Part shown: one piece after another, positions 12,988-25,283 of the stretch
Numbering within the stretch: the first letter of the stretch is position 1
Layout of the letters: each line of letters begins with the position of its first letter
NCBI RefSeq assembly: GCF_000372725.1
Contig: NW_005202427.1
Span: 701,090 to 763,047, forward strand
Direction of reading: 5' to 3'
Origin: Emiliania huxleyi CCMP1516
Taxonomy: Eukaryota
Length of the DNA: 61,958 nt
Notes under the pieces: model-generated
Seen by the model: only the letters and a program-made list of their open reading frames with translations
Told to the model about the DNA's origin: nothing
The model's database searches: none
Position numbers and translations under genes: made by a program

Positions 12988-15900
12988 AGGTGCACGCGGC
13001 GGCGGCGGAGGCGGCGGGGGCGCGCGCGGCGGCGGGGGCGCTCCCGGTGGCAGCGGTGGCGGAGGCGGCCCCCCTCGCCCACCCGGCAGTGGCGGTGGCG
13101 CCGGCGGCGGAGGCCGGGGGGCGGCCGGAGCCGGCGGCGGCGCCGGACGAGGCGGCGCGGCGCTGGCTTTGGCTGGCGGCGCTGCAGCCGCTTTGGGCTT
13201 TGGCGCCGCCTTGCCCCCCGCCCCCTTGCCCGGTTTGGCCGGCTTGTTCTCCTTCAGCTCCCGCAGCCGCTTCTCGCGCGGGTCCTCCACCTCGATCTCG
13301 CCAGCCTCGATCGCCCGCATCCGCGCCTCCTGCTTCTCCTTGCGCGCCGCGATCGCCGCAAAGAGCGCCGACTGCGGGTCCGAGCCGCCGCCGCCTCCCC
13401 CCCCTCCCCCGCCGCTGGGTGCCGGCGCGCCCCCTCCAGGCGGCGGCGGCGGCGGCGGCGGCGGCGGAGGTGCACGCGGCGGCGGCGGAGGCGGGGGCGG
13501 TGGCGGCCCCCCTCCTCGCCCGCCGGGCGGCGGCGGCGGCGGCGGCGGCGGCCGAGGCCCGCCCGGGACTGGCGGCGGCGGCGGCGGCGCCCGCGCCCCC
13601 GGCGCGCGCGGTGCGCCTGCGCCGCGCCCGCCCGGCGGCGGCGGCGGCGGCGGCGGCGCCTTGGCGGCGCCCGGCGGGCTGCACATGGCGAGCACCTGCG
13701 CGTCTGTGGGGCTCTTTGTGCCGAGCCGCGCGATGATCATCTTTTTGAACTCGTCGGCCTGGCCGGGCATGCCCGGCTCGCCGAGCCGGACGAGGAGGCA
13801 GCGCAGCTCCTGCTCGGTGAGGCCGGAGCAGCCCATGTTTCGCCAGTTGTACGGCGAGATCTTCTTGATGTCCTCGGTGCTCGAGACGAGCAGTCCCAGC
13901 TCAGGCTTACGCCGGAAGCGGCGCACCTCGGACACGTCGCCCTCGCCGTTGCTCAGCGCGGCCCAGTACTTCTTCATCGAGCTGGCGATGCGGCCGTTGA
14001 CTGCGACCTGCGCCGCCATCTTCGCCGCCTCCTCCTTCTCGCGCTCCTTCTTCTTCAGCAGCTCCTTTGCCTGGTCCTCCTTCTTCTTCTGCGCCGCCTG
14101 GAACGCCTGGATGCGCACCTGCCGCGGCTGGTCCATCAGCTCGCCTATGGACATGTCTCGGACATGTCTCGGACATGTCATGGACGTGTCCTGGTGAGTG
14201 GTCCATCAGCTCGCCCAGCTTGATGGTCATCATCTCCGCGAACCCCACCTGTTCACAGCAAGAGGTGTGAAGAGACGCTGTTCACAGCTTGATCGTCATC
14301 ACCTCCGCGAGCCCCACCGTCGTCTCGTCGGGCTCGCCTGTGGCGAGGAGGGGAGGAGGAGGAGCGCGGTCGGCGCGGGCGTGCGGCGAGGGCGTGGGGT
14401 GCCGCCTAGAGGGCGCGCGCCAATGCCGAGCCGCTCGAGGACGGCCTCGTCGTACTCCTCGACGTAGATGAGCATGAAGCTCGAGTAGAGCTCGCGCAAG
14501 TGCTCGTCCGACAGCTGCACGAGCCCGCCTGCCGGGAGGCGGGGAGATCTAGCCGAGATCTAGCCGAGGCAGAGCCGAAGTAGAGCCGAGATCTAGCCGA
14601 GGTAGAGCCGAGGCAGAGCCGAGGTAGAGCCGAGATCTAGCCGAGGTAGAGCCGAGATCTAGCCGAGGTAGAGCCGAGATCTGGCCCGCCGTTGTACTCG
14701 TCGAAGAGCTGCTGCTCAAACCGCCCCTCGGAGCGCATCTCGAGGACGGCGCGCAGCTTGACGAGGAACTCCTGCAGCACCTTCTCGTCCTGGTCCGCCG
14801 AGAGCTCGCCCCCCGTCTGCAGCTTGAGCTCTCGGTTCTCGTTGCGCAGCGCCTCGAGCTGCTGCCGCATCTCCTCGAGCTGCCGCAGCTGGTCGCTCAC
14901 CAGCCGGTTCGAGCGCGGCGTGATGGCGCCCGCCGCCGCCGCAGAGCCCTGCCGCGGCGTCGCGAGCTGTATGAGGCCGGCGACCTGCTCCGCGTCGCCT
15001 ATGGGACGTGGCGCAGAGGCGTCCTGGACGTGTCCTGGACATGTCACCGGAGCACCTGCTCCGCGTCGCCTATGGGACATGTCTCGGACATGTCCTGGAC
15101 GTGTCCTGGACATGTCACGGGAGCACCTGCTCCGCGGCTCGCCCATCACGGTCTCGATGCGCTTGGCGAGCGGCAGCACCTATAGAAAACAGAAAACACG
15201 CCTCGAAAAAAGGAAAACCGCCGGCCGCCTCGGCGAGCGGCAGCACCGGCTTTGCGTGCGTCACGAGGTCACGCCCCGAGATGCCGAGCTGGAGCGGCTT
15301 GGGCGCCTCGGCGGCGGCGCTGTCGGCGTCGTCGTCGTCGTCGCTCTCGCTCGCGCTGTCGCTCACCTCGGCGAGGGGGGCGGGCTCGGCCGCGCTCTTG
15401 GCGCCGGCGCCGACCTTGGCCGGGCTCGAGGCTGGCGACTCTCTCGCGGGCGACGTCGGGGCGGACGAGGAGACGGAGGAGCGCAGCGAGAGGCGGACGG
15501 ACTGGCGCCGCTCCTTCTCGGCGTGGTACTCCTCGCCGATCGCGTTGACGATGTTCTTGTGCAGGTTGCGCGCGGTGGCGAGCGGCTTGGCGAAGCCGTC
15601 CGCGCCGCCGCCGCCGCCGCCGGCCGGCCCGCGCGGCGTCGGCGCGACCGCCGCCTCGGGGTCGAATATGGGGAGCGAGTCGAGCCAGCGGCGCATCTCC
15701 TTGGCGGTCGGCGCGGCGAGCTCCCACTGGCCCTCGTCGGGCGTGAAGATCGAGAAGCCGAACGGCTGCGACGGCGACGGCCTCCGCGCGGCCCACTTGA
15801 CCTCGCCGTGCGCGCGGTACCCCGGCTGCTGGTAGATGTGCGCGTCTGCAAAGGTGCCCGCCGAGTGGGCGACCAGCGGCTGGGCGCGGTAGATGCAGAG

Positions 15901-16181
15901 CTTCTTGCAGAGGGGCTGGAACAGGACCCACCGCCGCTTCCAGCCCCTCCGCCCCTTGATCTGGATGTAGCCAGAGATGGCGCGCGACGTGATGGCGTCG
16001 AGCGACCGCTTCCAGCGCGCCGCCTCCTCGGCCGACGCCGCCCGGCATTCGAACGCCTGTGCGAGACATGCCACGGACGTGTCCTGGACGTGTCCTCGAA
16101 CGAGCCGCCCGCCACTCGAGCGCGGCTGCTCTTCACCTCTCTATCGGGATGTGTGGAAGCCCAGCTGGCGGAGTATCTTGT

Positions 16182-16231
<50 letters not shown>

Positions 16232-16964
16232 AGTCCGAGCCTCTGGCTGCTCTGCACCCACCTTCCAGACTAACTGACGAGCTAGGCCGCGAGGGAAGGG
16301 AGTCGGGCTGCGGGGCGCCGTCTCTCGGAAGTGTCTCGGAAGTGTCTCGCGCCTCGCCCTCGTGCGACTGGACATGGAAGAGGTCGGGCGTCGCCGGCGC
16401 ACCGTCGGCGAGTGCGATGGTGCAGCTGCCGTCGGGCCGCTGCCCGTTGCTCGGCGCCTCGGTCGACGCCGTCGCGTACCAGGTGAGCACGCACGTCTCT
16501 TTGCCCAGCACGCAGTAGCGCGGCGCGGGCTTCTGGCCGCGCTTCTCGGCGCGCCGCACCTGCAGCGGCCCGTAGACATGCTCCGTCTCGCTGAGACGGA
16601 GCGCGGAGAAGCGCGTGCCCGCCGAGGCCGCCGGCCGGCGCGTGAGCGAGAAGGCGCGACGCGGCCCCGAAAACATGCTCGTCGTCCGATCCAGATCCTC
16701 GTCGTCTTTGCCGCCATCGTCGCTCTGCCGCGCCTGCTTGTTTCTGCGGCCAAAGCTCAGCACCCGCGTCAGCGTGCGGCCCAGGTCCTCTGGCGCGGCG
16801 GCGGTCGCGTCGTCGGGGACGTCGTCCGCACGCTCCGACGCCGACGGGTCCGTCTTCTTGGCCTTCTGCCTCGCTCGCCACGAGAAGGTTCGGACCAGTC
16901 GGTCCACGGGCCGGGTGAGCTCCGGCGCGTCGAGCTGGACCGTGTCGTCGGGGGAGTCGTCCAT
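12706..16964 (-). CDS. PH-domain protein with coiled coil and duplicated polyproline/WH2-like modules (multi-exon)
   Basis: Two PH-like segments (YGPLQVRR..PRYCVLG..LTWY; SGYIQIKGRRGWKRRWVLF...EMRRWLDSL), a coiled coil, and two copies of polyPro followed by PQSALFAAIAARKEK. Exons are separated by repeat-filled introns. The C-terminus could extend to 12434. Confidence 0.65.
12772..13492. repeat. intragenic duplication of ~240 bp at 480-bp offset
   Basis: 12772-~13012 is nearly identical to 13252-~13492. Confidence 0.9.
16179..16228. repeat. (GT)n microsatellite in intron
   Basis: Seen directly. Confidence 0.95.
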
Positions 16965-17393
16965 TGGCCCGAGCGCCGAGTTAGGCCCGGCGAAACGTTG
17001 CGGGAGGATGGAGTTGAGCGCGCGGAGAAGGAGCGCGCCTCGCGCGCTCGCGTTGGACGGGTGATGTCCGAAAACAAAAAAAACGTCGTGGACGGCCCTC
17101 AGACAGCCTTGAGTTATGTGTACGCCTACTCAGGGTGTGTGGCAGCCCGCTGGCTGTGTGTCTTGTGAGCTTGTTTGTGTCTGTGTGTCGCTCGTGCGTG
17201 TCGTCATCATCTGTCCAGCGTCCACCCATACCGCGTTGGTGTCCAGTCCGAGCCTGGCTGTTCTTCACCTTTCTACCTACCTACCTACAGCATGTCTCTC
17301 TTCGTTCTCGCGCTCCTCGCTCGGCCGGGCGGCGGCAGGGGTGGTGCGGAGGCGTCGCCGCCGCGCCACGTCTGGCATGCACTCTAGGGCATG

Positions 17394-18760
17394 TCACACC
17401 CCACCTCCGCTGAATACCCAGCGCTGCCCTGTCTCACCATATGTCCAGCCCGTGGCAGTGTCGACCAGCCCCCCTGCCCGCTGCACCGCGGGGTCGCACG
17501 CGCCGACGCACTTCCTGAGCGCCTTCACCGCGTATGCCCCGCGCAAATCGGCGGGGGAGCGCGCGTGCGCGACAAGGCTGCGGTGCGCAAACCACAAATT
17601 GCGTCCGCGCTGGTAGAGCAGCCTGTACTGCCCGGTAGATCCCATCAGCGCGGTGACTTGCGCCTTGTACGCGTGTTCGCGCGTGCCGTAAGGCGAGTCC
17701 GCCTCAATGACGAGGATACCAAAGCGGACTCGCTCCCAATCCACCGCACGCAGGACGGCGAGCTCCGCCCCCTCTACGTCCAGGATGCCGAGGGCAAATG
17801 TGTGCACCCCCACAGCGTCGAGGATGGCCGCGAGCGGACGGCAGGCCACCGGGTGCACGTACATCGTGGTGCCTGTCCGTCAACAGCGATGGCTTATCAC
17901 GGGTCGCACGAGGAGGGAGGGAGGTAGGGGGGGGGGGTTGCTATTGGCTAGGGGGGTCGCCAAGCTTCGTCCAGTTGACGGACGCCCAGTCGCCTCGCGC
18001 CTCCTGCAGCGCAGCTGCCAGCGGTGCGTTCTTGCGCACCATCGCCTCCGGCTGCAGCTCCGCGATGCCCCCCATAAGCTCCAAGTTTCTTGCTGCGGAC
18101 GCGGGGAAACGGCGTCAGGAGGCACTCGCAAGGAAACTACTCGTCTAAATGTACTCACGGAGCCGGCGCGCGATTCCTGGTGCCACGCCAGGGACCACGT
18201 AGTGCACCTTTTGCGCTCGCTCACAGACTGCAGAGCGGGCGAGCGGGTCCCAGAGTCAGCCCCTTCGTAGCCCGAGAGTGGACGGCAGTGTATCTGACGG
18301 CCGTGGCGTGGCGCCTGCTGCCGTGACGCCAATTGCGTCGGGGCTGCGCGCCAGACGAGCAGCCCGCCAGCGCGGGTTGGCTTCGATGAGGAGTCGGCGG
18401 TAACTCTGTACCCCAAAACACCAAGAGATCATCCCGAGATAAGCCGGGATCTGGCCACAGTGAGAGGAGGCCCGGCCAACTGCTTGAGCACCAGCGACTC
18501 AGAGCTTGCATGGCCGTCGAGCCCGCCCATCTAGCCGATATTATCGACTCGTCAGCCGGGATCTATAGCAGAGATCTTGCAGAGGTCTCTAGAGCCGAGA
18601 TCTGCGTGTGACCGCCCCGAGATCTCTGCGATCTTACGCACCTCGAGCACGGTGTCTCCAAACGGACTTTCAGCCGGAGACCGGTCTTGAGCGCAAAATG
18701 GTAGGAGAGCTGTCCGATGCTGCGCATCGCGCCTGCGTATGCGCGTGGACCGCCGAGCAG
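17394..18760 (-). CDS. FkbM-family methyltransferase (multi-exon, 5' end unresolved)
   Basis: Spliced motifs VLE|MGGLDG, LLIEANP, AVCE and LGILDVEGAELAVLRAVDWERVRFGILVIE. Confidence 0.8.
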
Positions 18761-19234
18761 TGCGGCATTGGTGGGCGTTGGCGTTGGCGGTGGCGAGGGC
18801 CCCCCGGGGGGGGGGGGGGGGGGGCAGACGCAAACACAGCGGAATTGAGACGCAAGCAGAAAGAAAGAAAGCCCGGCGCGAACGCGGCCAAAGGAGATGC
18901 ACCTCGAGAACCTCGAGAGAGACAACCCAAGGGAAGAGCGCGCCGAATAATTCTTTTAGACGGGCTTGTGGTGGCAGAATTCTTTTACGAACGAGCGACC
19001 GAGCCTTCGTTGGCCCGCTTGGCAGGTTGCCTCCCACCCAAACGCGCGATTCTTGAAGGCCGTGCTGCGTGCTCCCGCGCAAACTGCGTGCCGTCGCGCC
19101 GCGCCCGCGTCAAAAATCGCGCGCTCCCCGCCGCCCGCGCTGCCGTGCCTCTCGAGTGAACCAGCTGCTCACCACCCCAGCGAAGCCACTCGGCTCGGCT
19201 CCCCACTCACTGCTCGCTATCCGCTCCGCTCAGG

Positions 19235-22200
19235 ATGGCCCTGAACGGCCTGACCTGCAACCACTGCGGCGGCACGGACATCGAGCTCGATGCGGCGCGC
19301 GGCGACGCGGTGTGCATCCAGTGCGGTACCGTCCTCGAGGAGAACACTATCGTCAACGAGGTCACCTTTGAGACGTCGGCGGGCGGCGGTTCGGGCGTGG
19401 TTGGCCAGTTCGTCCCGTCCTCCGGGCTCCGCTCGTCGGGCCTGGGCTTCGCCAAGGAGTCGCGCGAGGTCGCCCTTTCCAACGGCAGCGCCACATCTCG
19501 CAGCTCGCAGACGAGACCTGTCCAGGACACGTGCATGACATGTCCGAGACACGCCCCATAGGCCAGCGCCACATCTCGCAGCTCGCCAACGCGCTCCGCC
19601 TGTCCGAGCACCACCAGGACGCAGCCCAGCGCCTCTTCCAGCTCGCCGTGCAGGTGACACTTCCTAGACACTTCCTAGACACTCCCCAGACACTTCCCAG
19701 CTCGCCGTGCAGGCGGGGACACGCTGAGACAGCACACCCGCCCTCCCTCCCCTCCCCTCCCTCCCCACCCCTCGGCCCCACCCTTCCCTCCCGCCGCAGC
19801 ACAACTTCATCCAGGGCCGCAAGACGCAGCACGTGATCGCCGCCTGCCTCTACACCGTCTGCCGGCGAGAGAAGACCGCCCACCTGCTCATCGACTACTC
19901 GGACGTGCTGCAGACAAACGTCTACATGCTCGGCGCGCGCGAGAGATGGGGAGAGGTGGGGAGAGGTGGGGAGAGATGCTGCAGACAAACGTCTAAGGCT
20001 CGGCGCGCGCCTCTCGTCGCGCCGCCGCCGCGCCGCTCCCCCCTCTCACTCGCCCCTCCCCCCACCGCCACCGCGGGAGCGGTGCTTGTGACGGGTCCCC
20101 ACAAATCGGTCTATNNNNNNNNNNNNNNNNNNNNNNNNNNNNNNNNNNNNNNNNNNNNNNNNNNNNNNNNNNNNNNNNNNNNNNNNNNNNNNNNNNNNNN
20201 NNNNNNNNNNNNNNNNNNNNNNNNNNNNNNNNNNNNNNNNNNNNNNNNNNNNNNNNNNNNNNNNNNNNNNNNNNNNNNNNNNNNNNNNNNNNNNNNNNNN
20301 NNNNNNNNNNNNNNNNNNNNNNNNNNNNNNNNNNNNNNNNNNNNNNNNNNNNNNNNNNNNNNNNNNNNNNNNNNNNNNNNNNNNNNNNNNNNNNNNNNNN
20401 NNNNNNNNNNNNNNNNNNNNNNNNNNNNNNNNNNNNNNNNNNNNNNNNNNNNNNNNNNNNNNNNNNNNNNNNNNNNNNNNNNNNNNNNNNNNNNNNNNNN
20501 NNNNNNNNNNNNNNNNNNNNNNNNNNNNNNNNNNNNNNNNNNNNNNNNNNNNNNNNNNNNNNNNNNNNNNNNNNNNNNNNNNNNNNNNNNNNNNNNNNNN
20601 NNNNNNNNNNNNNNNNNNNNNNNNNNNNNNNNNNNNNNNNNNNNNNNNNNNNNNNNNNNNNNNNNNNNNNNNNNNNNNNNNNNNNNNNNNNNNNNNNNNN
20701 NNNNNNNNNNNNNNNNNNNNNNNNNNNNNNNNNNNNNNNNNNNNNNNNNNNNNNNNNNNNNNNNNNNCTCCTCCGCCGCAGCTCCGCGACCACACCGCCC
20801 GCGGAGCCCGAGCCCACACGCTGGATTCGGTACTCTGGAGGTATGGGACTAGCGGCTCCTCCACACGCAGGTCCGCCCTCCGCCTTGTCCAGCGCATGAA
20901 GCGCGACTGGATCCAGACCGGCCGCCGCCCGTCCGGCATCTGCGGCGCCGCCCTCCTCATCGCCGCGCGCATCCACGGCTTCCGCCGCACACAGCGCGAG
21001 GTGCGGCCGCCGGTTCCGCGGAGACACTTCCGAGACACCTCCGAGACACCTCCGAGACACCTCCGAGACATTTCCGACTGCAGCGCCCCCCTAGCTGCCT
21101 CTCCGCAGCCACCTCCCCTCATGTCACACCCTCGGCCACCACCTCCACCTCTCCGGCGCGTCGCCCTCCCCGCAGGACCCAACCCCCCCCCTCCCCTCCC
21201 CCCCCCCCCCTACCCCCTCCTCTCGGCCCCGCAACAGGTTGTGCGCGTCGTCCGCATCTGTGACGTTTCGCTGCGCAAGCGGCTGATTGAGTTTTCAGAC
21301 ACCTCTCTCGGCCAGCTGACCGCGAACCAGCTCGGCGACAACGAGTTTGACCTCGAGTCGTATGGCGCCGCACCCCCCCCCCCTAGAAGCGGAACATCTC
21401 CCCATATCTCCCCACATCTCCCCATATCTCGGGCCCCAGAAGCGGAGCACGCAGTCTTGTCTCCCCACCTCCAAACCAGCGCTCGAGAGGACACGCACTC
21501 CGCGGCACTCGGCCGCATTCACCTGTATGCACCCGTCTTCACCCCCCCCGTCCTCACGCGGTGCTCTGCAGACACTGCACAACACCGCCCTCCCGCCCTC
21601 ACGTCGGCGTACTCGCAACGTCGGCCCCGCGACCACACCGCCTGAGCCCACACACTGGATTCGAGACCCTGGAGGTATGGGACTAGGCGCCGCCGCCGAC
21701 CCGCCCTCGTTCCTGCGCAACCGGCGCGCCGACGAGGCAGAGCGGCGGCTGCTGATGGACCCGGAGGGGGAGGGGTCGCGCCAGCGGCGGGAGGGCGAGA
21801 TCCGGGCACTCAAGATGCCCGCGCTGCGCCGCCGGCTCCTGGCGCTCGGAGAGCCCACCGACGGCGCGCGGCGGCGGCGGGGAGGGAGCGGGGAGGGGGG
21901 GGCTCCCCTTCTTGGCCGTTGGGCCCGGGCCCCAGGCGGGTGGGGGGTTCTCGCGGACGCTTGTCAGGCCCCCCCCCTTCTTCCTTGGCTCTTGCCCCCC
22001 CCGCGTCCTAACCCCCTGCTCCCCCCTTGGCCCGCCCGCCCGCAGGCCGCAAGCGGGAGCTGCTGGCGCGGCTGCTCGAACTGGAGTGCCCAGAGACGGA
22101 GCTGCAGCTGCCGGAGGGCGGCGAGGGCGAGGGCGAGGCGCCGCTGCTGCTCGAGGGTCCGGCCGAGGGAGAGGGAGAGGGAGAGGGCGAAGGTGAGGGA

Positions 22201-23755
22201 GAGGGCGACGAGGCGACGCAGCGGCAAGGAGAGGGAGAGGAGGACGGGGACGAGGCGACGCAGAGGCAAGGAGAGGAGGAGGAGGAGGGCGGCGGCGGCG
22301 GCGGCGGCGGCGGGGGGCGGCGGCGGAGGGTGACGTTTGGCGCCGACGTCGAGGCTCGCGCGGCGGCGGAGGCGGAGTCGCACGGGCTGGAGGCGGAGGT
22401 TGAGGAGGCGCTGCGGAGCGAGGTGGTGCTCCAGCTAGGGCACAGGCAGGGCGAGGGGACCGCCGCGGGCAGCAGTTCGGCGGGCGCGGCGGCGGGCGAG
22501 GAGGAGGAGCGGCTGCCCGCTCCTCCGACGGCGTGGGAGGTTGCGGACGCGATATCGTGTCGGGTGGGCGAGGAGGAGTACGACGAGGAGGAGCAGCAGG
22601 CGCGGCTGTAGTGGGGGGTAGCTGGGAGGGCGAGGGCGAGGCTGGCAGGGCGGGGCGACATGTCCGCGACACGTCCGCCCAGGCGCTGATGGACGAGCTC
22701 ACGCCATCTCCCGCATCTCCCCAAATCTCCCCCAATCTCCCCATATCTCCCTATATCTCCCGCCCAGGCGCTGATGGATGAGCTCAACACGGACCTCGAC
22801 ACCCTCGACGATGAGGTGGAGGGAGAGATGGGGAGAGATGGGGAGAGATGGGGAGAGATGGGGAGAGATGGGGAGAGATGGGGAGATCGGCTCGACGATG
22901 AGGTTCGGTACTGTGGGGTAGGGGACGGGTTGGGTACTGTGGGGGTATGGGTGGAGGGCGGGCCGCCATCACCCACGAGGCCGGAGCTCACCCGAGCTCA
23001 CCCGAGCTCACCCGAGCTCACCCGAGCTCACCCGAGCTCACCCGAGCTCACCCGAGATCACCCGAGCTCACCCGAGATCACCCGAGCTCACCCGAGATCA
23101 CCCGAGCTCACCCGAGATCACCCGAGCTCACCCGAGCTCACCCGAGCTCACCCGAGCTCACCCGAGGGTAGGTGGAGGCGTACCTCATCACCGACGAGGC
23201 CGAGGTCGCAACCAAGGCGAAGGCGTGGGACGAGATGAACAAGGAGTACCTCGAGGCCCAGGCGGCGAAGCAAGCGGCGCGCGAGCAGATGGCGGCGGCG
23301 AGGGGGCTCGACGGGGAGACGGCGGAGGCGCTCCTCGCCGCCGGCCAGCGCCGCCGCCCAAAAAAGCGCGCGCGCCGCGGCGAGCAGGGCGGACGCGGCG
23401 CCGCGTCGTCAGCGGCGGAGGCAGTCGAGGGCGAGCTGCGGCGCAACAGGCGCGCCCCCGTGCGCGGGGCCGGAGGCGGCCGCGTGCTCTGTCGACCCCC
23501 CCCCCCCCCCCCAGGCAGCTCTCCTCGCGCATCAACTACGACGTGGTCTCGCTGCTCGCGCAGTCAGTGCCAGAGGACGCCGCAGCCATGCCCGGCGGCG
23601 GCGAGGGAGGAGGCCTGCTCGGTGCCGCTCGGATGCCTCGCCGTGAGCAATGGCTAATTGACAGGAGTGAACTCGTCATCAGGCGGAGGCCTCTCGGTGC
23701 CTCTCGGCAGCCTCGCGCCGCCGCGCTCGCCGCGCGAGGAAGAGCGCTTCTCTGA
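19235..23755 (+). CDS. BRF1: TFIIIB subunit BRF1 (TFIIB-related factor), spans N gap
   Basis: Zn ribbon (CNHCG...[14 protein letters not shown]), cyclin repeats (QGRK...[34 protein letters not shown]), DPPSF, and C-terminal WDEMNKEYL and SSRINYD. Confidence 0.93.
20115..20767. other. assembly gap (N run)
   Basis: Run of N. Confidence 1.
22986..23166. repeat. 10-bp tandem array (CACCCGAGCT/CACCCGAGAT)n in BRF1 intron
   Basis: About 18 head-to-tail copies with no spacers. Confidence 0.95.
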
Positions 23756-24677
23756 GACGCTCTCCGAGGGCGCCTCGCGCGGCTCGCCCGGCTACTACTG
23801 ACCGGCACTCTGACCCGGGGTCCACTTCGGCCCCCCAGCCCCTTGTCCATGCGTGCCGTCCTCGCTCTCTCTGCTGTGCATCACAGCACACACGCCCGCG
23901 TGGCGGACCGTCCCGCGCGAGGGCCTCTCCGCTGCCGCCCCTCGGCTGCACACCCTCTCCCGTAGCGAGGTGCGCCAGTACCTCTTGGGAGGCTGGGAGC
24001 GCGCTGTGTTTCCCTATCTGCAGAGAGCGCGCCGTGTTGTTGAGTCCACACGCGCGGCGGGGTGTCCCGTGAGCCGTGTCCCGCTCGCGCATGTGGATGT
24101 GTCACTGTCACAGAATCGTTTTCAGAGCGGTCTTTTGTGCTTGTGGCCGGCAAAGTCCGCTCCGGCTTATCTGGCTGTGGCTCTAGTTCTCTGCCAAGTT
24201 CTGGCTGTTGTCCCTCGTCAAAATTAGTTTTGTATCGGTACTGTGTAGGGCGGCTGGTCGTGGTGTTAGGGCGGCGGTGCGAGCTGCGACCGGGTCGCGG
24301 GTGGCGGGGACCGGGGTGGCGGCGGCCACAATTTCAATTACGACCCAACTAAGACCTCTTCGTTAGGTCCTAAAACGATAAAACCACATCCTGAAACGTC
24401 ACCTTCCCGGCACTCAAATTCCCCATTGCGTCCCTTGTGGCGGGGAAAATAGGGGACGGACACTGGGTCACTGGCAACATCGCTCTCGACACCACAGACA
24501 TCCCGCACACACGCGAGGAGACTGTTTTTTTTCAAGTGATCTGGCGCGCGGCGGGCTCCCTCCCGGCTTTGAGGGCGTGAAGGGCGGGGGGACAGCGCGG
24601 GAGCAGCGTCAGGGGAGCAGCGCGAGCGCGCCGATCAACAATGATTGCCCTGGCGTGCTTGCTTGCCGGCTTCAGCC

Positions 24678-24850
24678 CAGCAGATCTCCATGGCGGCGGT
24701 GGCGGGCGACGCCGACAACATCAACAAGCAGGCGCGCAAGATGCGCACCAACTGGGTCAACTCCCCCCTTGAGCGTGCCAACTGGGTCAACGACGTCAAG
24801 AACAAGCAAGCGGCAAACGGCCTCTTACCCTCGGCCCCAGGGCCCCTCCA
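24678..24850 (+). mobile_element. very short 3' fragment of the same non-LTR retroelement family
   Basis: The DNA encoding QQISMAAVAGDADNINKQARKMRTNW matches the reverse complement of 52576-52653. Confidence 0.8.
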
Positions 24851-25283
24851 CCCTTCAAACGTACGACCTCGTCGCTTATACCAACAGTGTGCGGAAAAAC
24901 TCACTCGCACGGCCACGTTTTGGCAAGGCTCAAGCTCGATGGGACGCCTCGCCGCGTCAGCAGGCTGGACGCGTCGCCAACCAGAACACTATCTGGGCAA
25001 ACATCTCGCTTCCCAACAGTGTTGGGATTGCCCAGAACACGCCGACGGCCCTCAAGACGTACCTCCAGCCCTTGGGCTCTGACTGTGGAGCTGCAGCGCC
25101 GGCGTCCGTTTATATCTCTATGTCCACATCTATCATGTATCGCCTAGCATGTATCGCGAGCCTGTGCCTAGCGTCTATCATGTCTAGAGCGTCTCAGGTG
25201 GCCGAAGTCAGCGCGCCTTGTGCCTTGACAGCAGCGCCAGCGTCGATACGGCTTCCCGCTCGCACGGCTCGCGCCCTCAGTCC

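Noticed and set aside
12590..14223. Gly/Arg-rich plus-strand ORFs
   Set aside because: Antisense to the polyproline coding sequence.
19833..21182. ORFs spanning the N gap
   Set aside because: Artefacts of translating Ns.
22986..23166. Regular repeat array as CRISPR
   Set aside because: Head-to-tail 10-mers without spacers, inside a eukaryotic intron, and no cas genes.
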